A stretch of 50,917 nt of DNA from a virus (taxonomy: Duplodnaviria; Caudoviricetes), in IMG/VR virus record IMGVR_UViG_3300007555_000007, positions 1 to 50,917 of that record. One strand, 5' to 3'. Within the stretch, counting starts at the first letter, position 1. Each line of letters begins with the position of its first letter. The notes beneath the pieces are model-generated. The model saw only the letters and a program-made list of their open reading frames with translations. It was not told the DNA's origin and did no database searches. Made by a program: the position numbers and the translations under genes. Shown here one piece after another: positions 25,825 to 33,514 of the stretch.

Positions 25825-27432
25825 ATGAATAATCAAATGGGGTTCACCCCTAAAGACTTAAAGTTCGGTGAAGATGGTAGAGTTAAACTAAAAGCCGGAA
25901 TCGAAAAGATTGCTAACGCAGTAAAGAGCACCCTCGGTCCTAGAGGTAATACAGTTCTTATTGAATCACAACATCATACAGGAGGAATCACGGTAACTAA
26001 GGATGGAGTTACGGTCGCTAAGGCGGTTGACTTGTTAGACCCGGTTGAGAATCTTGCGGTACGTATTATGAAAGAGGCTGCTGATAGAACAGCTAGCTCT
26101 GCCGGTGATGGAACGACTACAGCTATTGTGCTTACCGAGGCTCTTGTCGAGCAGGGTCACATTCATCTTGGTGATGGTGTAAACAACACGCAGGTTCTAC
26201 GTGAGCTTGTTAGTGAGACTGAGCAGGTCGTAAAGACATTGAAAAAGAAAAGCAAGAGTGTAACTGACTCAAAGTTACTTGACGTTGCGACTATCTCTGC
26301 GAACAATGACGCTAAGGTAGGTCGTATTATATCTGACGTATACAAGTCGGTCGGTAAGGATGGGATTGTAACGGTAGAGAAATCTGACAGTTCAGAGACA
26401 ACTTACACCACAACCAAAGGTCTTATGGTAGAGAGAGGTTACTCTTCTCCTTTGTTCATTAACAACCAAAAGAAAGACGAGTGTATCTTAGAGGATGTTC
26501 ATATCTTGGTATCTGATGCTGAGATAACAAACATACTTCAGATTGAGAATGTACTTAAACCAATCATTGCTGAGAACAAGAAGCTTCTTCTTATTGCACC
26601 GTGTGCAACTAATGTGCTAAACACATTGGCGGCTAACGTTATGAAAAACAACTTGAAGATATGTAGTATAACTCCCCCGCAGTTCGGATATAAACAACAC
26701 GAATTAATGCAAGATATCGCCATCTCGGTTGGAGCTACATACTTTTCAGAAAAGACAGGTGATGATTTGTCACTAATGGGGTTTGATGATTTAGGTCACG
26801 CACCAAAGGTTATTGTAGAAAAGTCACAGACTGTGATTTTAAAAGACGACAATCACTCAGATGAGATTGACGAGAGAGTAAAACAACTATGGGATAGCTA
26901 CGAGAACACAAGTAGAGTTGCTGACAAAGAGTTTATCTTGTCACGTATCGCTTCATTGACAGGTGGTGTTGGTGTAATTAAAGTTGGTGGTCAGACAGAC
27001 CTAGAGCAGAAAGAGTTGTTTGACAGGATTGACGATGCTGTGTGTGCAGTACGTTCTGCAATGCAAGAAGGTATACTTCCGGGAGGAGGTGTGTCGCTAA
27101 TGTATATCGGTCAAGAGATTCTGAAAAAACAAACTGACGATAAAAATAAAAAAATTGCTTACGCAATTTTAGGTAACGCATTGCAAGCACCTGTTATGCA
27201 GATTCTTGATAATGCGGGATATCACATTAATGATGTGTACCCTGAGTGGGATATAAAGTTTGGAGAAGGATACAATGTTGCTAGTGAGAAGTTTGGTAAC
27301 ATGATAAGGATGGGTGTGATAGACCCAATGAAAGTTACAAAGAGTGCACTACAAAATGCAGTATCTGTAGCGGTTACATTACTTAGTACGAATGCTATTA
27401 TTACAATGGCACGAACTTATGACACTGAGTAG
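25825..27432 (+). CDS. groEL: Phage-encoded chaperonin GroEL (Cpn60)
   Basis: TLGPRG, TKDGVTVAK, AGDGTTTA, GILPGGG, GVIDP. Confidence 0.97.
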   Translation: MNNQMGFTPKDLKFGEDGRVKLKAGIEKIANAVKSTLGPRGNTVLIESQHHTGGITVTKDGVTVAKAVDLLDPVENLAVRIMKEAADRTASSAGDGTTTAIVLTEALVEQGHIHLGDGVNNTQVLRELVSETEQVVKTLKKKSKSVTDSKLLDVATISANNDAKVGRIISDVYKSVGKDGIVTVEKSDSSETTYTTTKGLMVERGYSSPLFINNQKKDECILEDVHILVSDAEITNILQIENVLKPIIAENKKLLLIAPCATNVLNTLAANVMKNNLKICSITPPQFGYKQHELMQDIAISVGATYFSEKTGDDLSLMGFDDLGHAPKVIVEKSQTVILKDDNHSDEIDERVKQLWDSYENTSRVADKEFILSRIASLTGGVGVIKVGGQTDLEQKELFDRIDDAVCAVRSAMQEGILPGGGVSLMYIGQEILKKQTDDKNKKIAYAILGNALQAPVMQILDNAGYHINDVYPEWDIKFGEGYNVASEKFGNMIRMGVIDPMKVTKSALQNAVSVAVTLLSTNAIITMARTYDTE

Positions 27433-27434
27433 TT

Positions 27435-27710
27435 ATGATAGTAAAAGAAGATTTAATAAATCAAATAGATAAAAAAATGGGAGAATTTACAAAAGGATTA
27501 AAAAAAGGATTTTGGGCAGGACTACTTGCTTTTATTTTGGCAAAAATTTGTCACGTACTAATATCATTTGCAATTGGATTTACAATTGGTTCAATGTTTG
27601 GATTGACTAAAAATGTTATTGCTTTCTGCAAAATTATTGATAGCCCTATTATTGGATTATTGTTTTTAGTATTTGCAACTAGATTTATATATATAAAAAT
27701 TGTAAAGTAA
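27435..27710 (+). CDS. Small membrane protein between groEL and groES
   Basis: Hydrophobic, AT-rich, tightly packed. Confidence 0.55.
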   Translation: MIVKEDLINQIDKKMGEFTKGLKKGFWAGLLAFILAKICHVLISFAIGFTIGSMFGLTKNVIAFCKIIDSPIIGLLFLVFATRFIYIKIVK

Positions 27711-27711
27711 T

Positions 27712-27969
27712 ATGAAACCAATTAATAAATATATTGCAATCAAGACAATCGAGGAGGAGGTAAAGACTTCCTCCGGATTGTTATTATCCGCAGCCGATGT
27801 TGGTGAGATGAGATACAAGAAAGGTAAGGTAGTAAAACCCGGTACTGAGGTTTCAGTAATCAAAGAAGGTGACGTAATCTATTACGATGCACACGCAGGA
27901 TTTACTATGATACTAAATGATGAGCAGCACACGATTATTCTTGAGAGAGATGTCGTTGTTGTTTTATAA
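27712..27969 (+). CDS. groES: Co-chaperonin GroES (Cpn10)
   Basis: MKPINKYI...EEVKTSSGLLL...GKVVKPG...IKEGD...ILERDV. Confidence 0.92.
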   Translation: MKPINKYIAIKTIEEEVKTSSGLLLSAADVGEMRYKKGKVVKPGTEVSVIKEGDVIYYDAHAGFTMILNDEQHTIILERDVVVVL

Positions 27970-28393
27970 ACTTATTCATTTCTATAATCATATTCTTATA
28001 TACTTTATCTGTATAGGATACGTTCTTTAAGAATATAGGGTTTGCACTAGGACTCTCAGGGATTTCTTCCCCACTTAATTTTTTATACATAGAGCCAATC
28101 ATACGCTTTGTTTTGTAAGACAAAGTGTATATGGCTTTTTTCTTTCTCTTATAATCTCTTGGTCGAAAGACCTCAATCCAACCTTTTGCTTTTAGTTCGT
28201 CAAAACGCTTTTCGTTCCAACTAAAAATCTCATTGTACTCTGAGAATTTATCTTTATCAAAATAGTTTTCCGAGTAAAGGAATAACAGCATATCAAGCTC
28301 TCCTGTTGAAACCTTGTACTTAGCCTTTATAAAGTAACGGATTACTTTCCAATACTTCAAATAATCTGAAGAGGGTGTATGTTTATATAACAT
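27935..28393 (-). CDS. Putative winged-helix transcription regulator
   Basis: ELDMLLFLY...FDELKAKGWIEVFR...AIYTLS (MarR-like pattern); the only credible minus-strand gene in the late arm. Confidence 0.6.
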   Translation of the reverse strand: MLYKHTPSSDYLKYWKVIRYFIKAKYKVSTGELDMLLFLYSENYFDKDKFSEYNEIFSWNEKRFDELKAKGWIEVFRPRDYKRKKKAIYTLSYKTKRMIGSMYKKLSGEEIPESPSANPIFLKNVSYTDKVYKNMIIEMNKFIKQQRHLSQE

Positions 28394-28406
28394 TAAATTA
28401 AATTTG

Positions 28407-28424
28407 TATCTTTGTACAAAAGTA
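28407..28424. promoter_or_regulatory. Face-to-face -7 boxes: TATCTTTG (+, 28407-28414) and TACTTTTG (-, 28417-28424)
   Basis: Both match TAnnTTTG and centre on the palindrome TTTGTACAAA. Confidence 0.55.
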
Positions 28425-28438
28425 CTAAATATTTTAAG

Positions 28439-28618
28439 ATGAAAAATATGGACAAAGAAAAAATCCCTATGAAGAATAAGGATATTGAAAAACTTATTAA
28501 AGCTGCTAAAAAGAAAAATCAGAAAGTTGCTGAGGTAAAAATAGCAGGTTTGGCAGGTTTGGCAGGTTTGGCAACGGGTTTAGGAAATCAATTCAATGAA
28601 AAGAAAAAAAAGCAATAA
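28439..28618 (+). CDS. Small basic protein with a 3x GCAGGTTTG (AGL) repeat
   Basis: ORF downstream of the promoter; tandem repeat at 28544-28570. Confidence 0.45.
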   Translation: MKNMDKEKIPMKNKDIEKLIKAAKKKNQKVAEVKIAGLAGLAGLATGLGNQFNEKKKKQ

Positions 28619-28721
28619 AGATTCTTGTTACTACAAGGTGAAGAAATCGTATAAAGTTTTTCCATCAGCTTATGCTAGTGGAGCTATTGCCAAGTGCAGA
28701 AAAGCTAAATCCAAAAAGTAA
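28596..28721 (+). CDS. Small basic protein (41 aa, KDSCYYKVKKSYKVFPSAYASGAIAKCRK)
   Basis: Hand-translated; PSAYASG motif common in aquatic phages; stop overlaps the next ATG. Confidence 0.7.
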   Translation: MKRKKSNKDSCYYKVKKSYKVFPSAYASGAIAKCRKAKSKK

Positions 28722-28975
28722 TGGCTGTAAGAAAAACAAAACAAGGAGCTAACCTTAAGCGTTGGTTCAAAGAGAAATGGACAGACGAAAAAGGGAATCC
28801 TTGCGGTTCTTCTAAAAACAAGTCAGTTAAAAAGTGTAGACCTAGCAAAAGAGTTAGTGGTGGTACTCCTAAGACTTGGAAGGAAATGTCATCTTCTGAA
28901 AAGAAGAAAGCGGTAGCCGAAAAGAAAAGAGTCGGCATGGGTAAAAAAACATCATCATTAAAACGTAATAAATAA
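28721..28975 (+). CDS. Small basic protein (LKRWFKEKW...CRPSKRV family)
   Basis: Recognisable conserved aquatic-phage motif. Confidence 0.75.
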   Translation: MAVRKTKQGANLKRWFKEKWTDEKGNPCGSSKNKSVKKCRPSKRVSGGTPKTWKEMSSSEKKKAVAEKKRVGMGKKTSSLKRNK

Positions 28976-28979
28976 TATT

Positions 28980-29090
28980 ATGCCAACAGTAGGAAAAAAG
29001 AAATTCTCTTATACAGAAAAAGGAAAAAAAGCAGCAAAAGCTTACGCTAAGAAAATAGGTAAGAAAGTAGTTAAAAAGAAAATGTATTAA
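28980..29090 (+). CDS. Small basic protein (36 aa, MPTVGKKKFSYTEKGKKAAK...)
   Basis: Hand-translated; tightly packed. Confidence 0.65.
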   Translation: MPTVGKKKFSYTEKGKKAAKAYAKKIGKKVVKKKMY

Positions 29091-29091
29091 T

Positions 29092-29382
29092 ATGGCAGAC
29101 AAGTCTAGAATGAAATGCAATGTTGTAAAAAAAAGCGACAGAGCAGGAAAGAAAAAAATGGTTAAAGCTTGTAGTGGTGGTAAAGAAAAGCTAATACACT
29201 TTGGTGCGTCAGGTTATGGGCACAACTACAGTGCTGCTGCACGTAAATCTTTTAAGGCTAGACATAAGTGTGATACAGCTACTAACAAGTTAAGTGCACG
29301 TTATTGGTCATGTAAAAAACTATGGGCAGGTAAGGGTGGTTCTACTAAAAGTTCCCCTGCAAGTAAAAGAGGGAAGTATTAA
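29092..29382 (+). CDS. Small basic protein (KLIHFG...RKSFKARHKC...ARYWSC family)
   Basis: Recognisable conserved aquatic-phage motif. Confidence 0.75.
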   Translation: MADKSRMKCNVVKKSDRAGKKKMVKACSGGKEKLIHFGASGYGHNYSAAARKSFKARHKCDTATNKLSARYWSCKKLWAGKGGSTKSSPASKRGKY

Positions 29383-29394
29383 AAAATATATTAT

Positions 29395-29402
29395 TATCTT
29401 TG
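29395..29402 (+). promoter_or_regulatory. -7 box TATCTTTG
   Basis: Intergenic; the context TTATCTTTGTAGAAAAA recurs at 41685. Confidence 0.55.
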
Positions 29403-29568
29403 TAGAAAAATATGGGAAAATTGTTTATTGAATTAGGGAAAAAAATTATTAAATTTAACATATCTAATTCTAAAAAATGGAACGGTTTACTAGACAGATT
29501 GAAAGTAAACATTTCAAATAAGATTTGTGATTGTAGTTTAAAAACTTGTAATTGTAAAATAAAATAAA

Positions 29569-29739
29569 ATGGGAACGGTAAAGAAATCTAGAGGTCTAGG
29601 AGACACAATTGAAAAAATAACAAAGGCGACAGGTGTAAAAGCTGTTGTTGAAAAGGTTGCAGAGGTTACAGGAAAGTCCTGTGGATGTGCAGCTAGAAGA
29701 GACTCTCTTAACAGAAAGTTTCCATACTTAAAAGAATAA
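29569..29739 (+). CDS. Small protein (56 aa, SRGLGDTIEKITKATG...CGC..RRDSLN)
   Basis: Hand-translated; motif common in Bacteroidota phages. Confidence 0.75.
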   Translation: MGTVKKSRGLGDTIEKITKATGVKAVVEKVAEVTGKSCGCAARRDSLNRKFPYLKE

Positions 29740-29749
29740 AACAAAAAAA

Positions 29750-30334
29750 ATGGCAATAAATTTAACAGACAAAATTCACGTTGTAAGTGACAATATCCCA
29801 ACAAAAAACTTGGGGTCAGCCTTAGCTAACTCAGGAAGAGACGCTGTAAGTGTTCAAGAGATTATAGATTTAGTACCTGCACCTGCAGGACCTGAGTCAG
29901 GATTTTTTACTCCTGAGCTGAGTTTGTCGGGAATGGGTTCTTTTTCTTCTATAACTTATGGTACTCGTTGGGGATATTATACCGTAATTAACAATATTGT
30001 AACCGTTAGTTATAGTATAAAAATAAGTACTTGGAGTATAAGTAAAGCTCCGGGAGCAACATTAATCCCCTATATCACACTACCTTTTAGTTTTCCTTCT
30101 GTTTTAAGTCCAAATTATCCATACGTTCATTCAATTGGTTATAACAGAAACATTTCGAAGACTAATAACTTAAATGGGGGAGAGACAGTTGGAAGTAATG
30201 GGACTGCTTGGTCCTACAGGCAAACATCAGGTGCTCCACCTACCACACTCCCTATTACGGATACTGACATCTCAAGCTACGCAGCATTATTTTTAGTATC
30301 AGGAACGGTTACATACGTAAGACAAAGCAGTTAA
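29750..30334 (+). CDS. Fibre-like structural protein
   Basis: ESGFFTP...GYYTVINNIVTV...LPF beta-sandwich pattern typical of fibre tips. Confidence 0.55.
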   Translation: MAINLTDKIHVVSDNIPTKNLGSALANSGRDAVSVQEIIDLVPAPAGPESGFFTPELSLSGMGSFSSITYGTRWGYYTVINNIVTVSYSIKISTWSISKAPGATLIPYITLPFSFPSVLSPNYPYVHSIGYNRNISKTNNLNGGETVGSNGTAWSYRQTSGAPPTTLPITDTDISSYAALFLVSGTVTYVRQSS

Positions 30335-30351
30335 AAAACAAAATACAAAAA

Positions 30352-30606
30352 ATGGCAAAGACAATAAAAGTAAACGTATTAAAAGACAGCTATAATATAT
30401 TAGAGGTTCTTGAAGTAGAAAATGGAAAAAACTTTCGTTATGTTGCAACCCCTGATAAGGACATTGATTCATTAGAAGGTATTGTTGCAGATATAGCAAA
30501 AGAACTTTGGACAGAAGAATTAAAAGAAGCTTATGGAGTTTTTTTAGAAGCTGAACATGAAAGACTAATGAAACAATTTGAAACTCCGGAAGAAACTAAC
30601 GAATAA
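30352..30606 (+). CDS. Hypothetical protein (possible fibre-associated)
   Basis: Follows the fibre-like gene. Confidence 0.55.
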   Translation: MAKTIKVNVLKDSYNILEVLEVENGKNFRYVATPDKDIDSLEGIVADIAKELWTEELKEAYGVFLEAEHERLMKQFETPEETNE

Positions 30607-30618
30607 AAATATACAATA

Positions 30619-30885
30619 ATGGCATATCAAAAATTACAAACTAGTAGAGCTGCAGATGTAACTCCTAGTGACACACTAGAGATTCCAAGTATCTCTTCTG
30701 AAAATGGAAGAGGTAACAATGGATGTATACTGTACATAGGTCTTGCAGGAAACTTAAAGGTAAAAACAGCAGGTGGAGACACAGTTGTGTTTACAGGAGT
30801 TCCAACAGGAACTTTTTTGCCTGTTCAAGTATTACAAGTTTACGCAACAGGAACTACAGCAGGTTCTATTATAGCTCTTTGGTAA
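30619..30885 (+). CDS. Head spike base protein (RcGTA Rcc01079-like)
   Basis: AADVTPSD...LYIG.AGNLKV...G..LPVQV..V.ATGTTA..IIALW. Confidence 0.7.
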   Translation: MAYQKLQTSRAADVTPSDTLEIPSISSENGRGNNGCILYIGLAGNLKVKTAGGDTVVFTGVPTGTFLPVQVLQVYATGTTAGSIIALW

Positions 30886-30886
30886 T

Positions 30887-31564
30887 ATGTCAGCAGGTGT
30901 AGGAACAGGTGCAGGTATTGGATTAAACTCGAACACTTGGTCGATAGGTGAAGAGATGTTTAAGAACGATTACTATGTTTACATCTTAGAGCAAATGGGT
31001 GGTGACTTTCTTAGAGGAAGAATTGATGGAGAGTTTTGGCTGAATGATAGTACTAGAGTTTTAAATTTTTTTCAAAAATTAACTAGTTATACTCCGCCTG
31101 CAGGCTCAAGAAGTTTTTATGGAACTTCTGAATCAGGTTGGTTGACATTTCAAACAACATCTAATCTAAACGATTGGTGGGGATTAGGTATGTATGTATC
31201 GGGTGAATCTCTAAGTTTTGGTCCATCAGGTAATAGTGTTTTTCACATGGCTGTAAGGATTCAAGAAACACAACCATCAGCAAATAGATTTACAGTTGGT
31301 GTTGGAGGTATTAATTCTTCAGAAGGTCAATTTACAGTTAAAGATGTAAACTCTCCGGGGTCTGCAGATTTTAATATTGAATTTGGAACAAGTGAATGGC
31401 AAGTTATTGAAGTGCCACTGTCTCTTTTACTTTCAAGAGGAATGGGAAGATATGGAAGTATGCAAAACCAAAACTATTTAACAATCACAGGTGGATCTTC
31501 GGATGATATTAAACTAGAAGTTGATGCAGTTTATTTTTATAACCAAAGTGGAATAATGCCTTAA
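30887..31564 (+). CDS. Putative head fibre/carbohydrate-binding protein
   Basis: Gly-rich N-terminus next to the spike base gene; WQVIEVPLS...VDAVYF jelly-roll-like pattern. Confidence 0.5.
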   Translation: MSAGVGTGAGIGLNSNTWSIGEEMFKNDYYVYILEQMGGDFLRGRIDGEFWLNDSTRVLNFFQKLTSYTPPAGSRSFYGTSESGWLTFQTTSNLNDWWGLGMYVSGESLSFGPSGNSVFHMAVRIQETQPSANRFTVGVGGINSSEGQFTVKDVNSPGSADFNIEFGTSEWQVIEVPLSLLLSRGMGRYGSMQNQNYLTITGGSSDDIKLEVDAVYFYNQSGIMP

Positions 31565-31626
31565 TATGAAATATACACAAAACAACACTTGGAACGACTC
31601 TTTAATTATTAATTATATAAGTAGTA

Positions 31627-31782
31627 ATGATTGATATGGGAGACATAAAATTATATAGTTTGAGTTTAGCGGGTTTTGCTATGTCTCTTACAAATATTGA
31701 TGTAATATTAAAAATATTATTATTAGCAGTAACCATTGGGTATACAATTCAAAAATGGTACTTGTTAAATAAAGACAAATAG
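31627..31782 (+). CDS. Small holin-like membrane protein (51 aa)
   Basis: Hand-translated; LKILLLAVTIGYTIQKW; directly precedes the endolysin. Confidence 0.6.
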   Translation: MIDMGDIKLYSLSLAGFAMSLTNIDVILKILLLAVTIGYTIQKWYLLNKDK

Positions 31783-31784
31783 CC

Positions 31785-32192
31785 ATTAGGGATATAGATA
31801 AAATAATAGTTCATTGCACTGATACTCCTGAAGGGAGAGATGTCTCAGTAGATGAGATAAGAAGATGGCACGTTAAAGAAAGAGGTTGGTCAGATATTGG
31901 ATACCATATAGTAATTTCACTAGATGGAAGCGTTCACGAAGGAAGACCTATTGAAAAAGTAGGAGCACATTGCAAAGGTCATAACAAAAATTCTATAGGA
32001 ATAGCCTATGTAGGTGGGAAAGATGGAGACACTAGAACAGATGAACAAAAATCTGCTTTAGTAGATATGTTGGAGTTTTATAAAATAAGATATCCATCAA
32101 TAGAAATATACGGTCATAGAGATTTTTCAAATAAAGACTGTCCTAGCTTTAATGCTAGAAAAGAGTACGAGAACATAAGTTCAATGTGGTAA
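31785..32192 (+). CDS. Endolysin, N-acetylmuramoyl-L-alanine amidase (T7 lysozyme-like), apparent ATT start
   Basis: Absent from the ORF track. Translation xRDIDKIIVHCT...WHVKERGWSDIGYH...GAHCKGHN.NSIGI...GHRDF...CPSF with intact Zn ligands. Confidence 0.9.
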   Translation: MRDIDKIIVHCTDTPEGRDVSVDEIRRWHVKERGWSDIGYHIVISLDGSVHEGRPIEKVGAHCKGHNKNSIGIAYVGGKDGDTRTDEQKSALVDMLEFYKIRYPSIEIYGHRDFSNKDCPSFNARKEYENISSMW

Positions 32193-32208
32193 TCAAATAA
32201 CAATCAAA

Positions 32209-32436
32209 ATGAAATTAGGTAAAGAAGAATTAGAAAACATCAGAGCTATTAACACTAAGTTTTTAAAATTAAAAAACGAAATAGCTGATATAGAGATTAT
32301 AAAGTACGGATTACTTCAAAAGTTAGACGAGCATAAATCTTCACTAAGTAAAGTAGAGTCAGACTTAATTGAGAAATACGGAGTGGATGCTGTTATAGAT
32401 ATAAAGACAGGAGACGTTACGATTCCAAAAAAATAA
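32209..32436 (+). CDS. Coiled-coil hypothetical protein
   Basis: Heptad pattern; EKYG...IDIKTG. Confidence 0.65.
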   Translation: MKLGKEELENIRAINTKFLKLKNEIADIEIIKYGLLQKLDEHKSSLSKVESDLIEKYGVDAVIDIKTGDVTIPKK

Positions 32437-32442
32437 AATATA

Positions 32443-32673
32443 ATGGATATTAGAAAAATTTCAGTAGGTCCTGATTATAAATCAGGAGCGATGCATTATT
32501 TAATTAATCAAGTAGTATTAGGTGGTAACTATACAATTCACCGAATAACACAAGATTCAAATAATAATAATTTTCTAATATACATAGAGAATGAAGACGA
32601 AGAAGTTTTTCTTTGGAAGTCTTTTAGCAGCACAGTTCCTGTGTCAATCGAATATAATATAAATTTTATTTAA
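32443..32673 (+). CDS. Hypothetical protein
   Basis: ORF in operon. Confidence 0.7.
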   Translation: MDIRKISVGPDYKSGAMHYLINQVVLGGNYTIHRITQDSNNNNFLIYIENEDEEVFLWKSFSSTVPVSIEYNINFI

Positions 32674-33236
32674 TGAAATCACCAACGGATTTTATAGTTC
32701 GTGCAGTCAATGGTAAAAGGTATAACAATACAAAAGACATTGCCGGATTAGAAATAATAATTAATACTTCAGAAGAAAACCACAAAGCATCTAATAGAGA
32801 AGCAGAGGTTGTTGAAACACCTATAGGCTATAATGGTCCTATTGAAAAAGGAGATATACTTTTAGTTCACCACAACGTATTTAAGTTTTACAATGATATG
32901 CGTGGTAGAAGAAAAAGTGGTAAAAGTTTTTTTAAGGATGATTTATTTTTTATAGATGACCAACAATTTTATATGTATAAAAATAAAGATGGTTGGAACT
33001 CTGTAGGAAAGTATTGTTTTGTTGAACCTACTAGCGTTAAAGATTCCTATCTTTATAAAGGAATAAAAGAAGAGCCTCTTCATGGGGTGATAAAATATTC
33101 CAATAGTCAACTTGAAAGTATTGGGATTAATACAGGGTGTGAAATTATATTTCAGCCTGAAAGCGAGTATGAGTTTACGGTAGATGGTGAGAAGTTATTT
33201 AGAATGTTTACTAATAATATAGTTGCTGTATTATGA
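32673..33236 (+). CDS. GroES-like (possibly tandem Cpn10-fold) protein
   Basis: Two halves each resemble Cpn10 (AEVVETP...IEKGD.LLV; GVIKY...GI..G..IIF...Y.F.VDGEKL). Confidence 0.45.
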   Translation: MKSPTDFIVRAVNGKRYNNTKDIAGLEIIINTSEENHKASNREAEVVETPIGYNGPIEKGDILLVHHNVFKFYNDMRGRRKSGKSFFKDDLFFIDDQQFYMYKNKDGWNSVGKYCFVEPTSVKDSYLYKGIKEEPLHGVIKYSNSQLESIGINTGCEIIFQPESEYEFTVDGEKLFRMFTNNIVAVL

Positions 33237-33514
33237 CATCAAACGAATTAAAGAAACAAATTATAGAAGCAGGTATGCGTGCTGTAAAGCAACTAATTAA
33301 AGTTGCAAAAGAAGATATCATTAAGCTTGACACTGACGATGAGTTGGCTGCTGATAGATTAAAGAATGCAGCAGCAACTAAGAAGCTTGCTATATTTGAT
33401 GCATTTGAAATACTTAATAGAATAGAAAGTGAGAAAGAAGCTTTAGAGTTATTAGAAAAAGGAGGCAATATAAAACATACAAACCAAGGATTTGCAGAAC
33501 GTAGGTCAAAATAA
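33233..33514 (+). CDS. Helical protein, candidate terminase small subunit
   Basis: Position immediately upstream of the terminase large subunit. Confidence 0.45.
   Translation: MTSNELKKQIIEAGMRAVKQLIKVAKEDIIKLDTDDELAADRLKNAAATKKLAIFDAFEILNRIESEKEALELLEKGGNIKHTNQGFAERRSK

Noticed and set aside
28544-28570. 3x GCAGGTTTG tandem repeat as a regulatory array
   Set aside because: It is in frame within a small ORF (AGL x3), so simple slippage is the simpler explanation.
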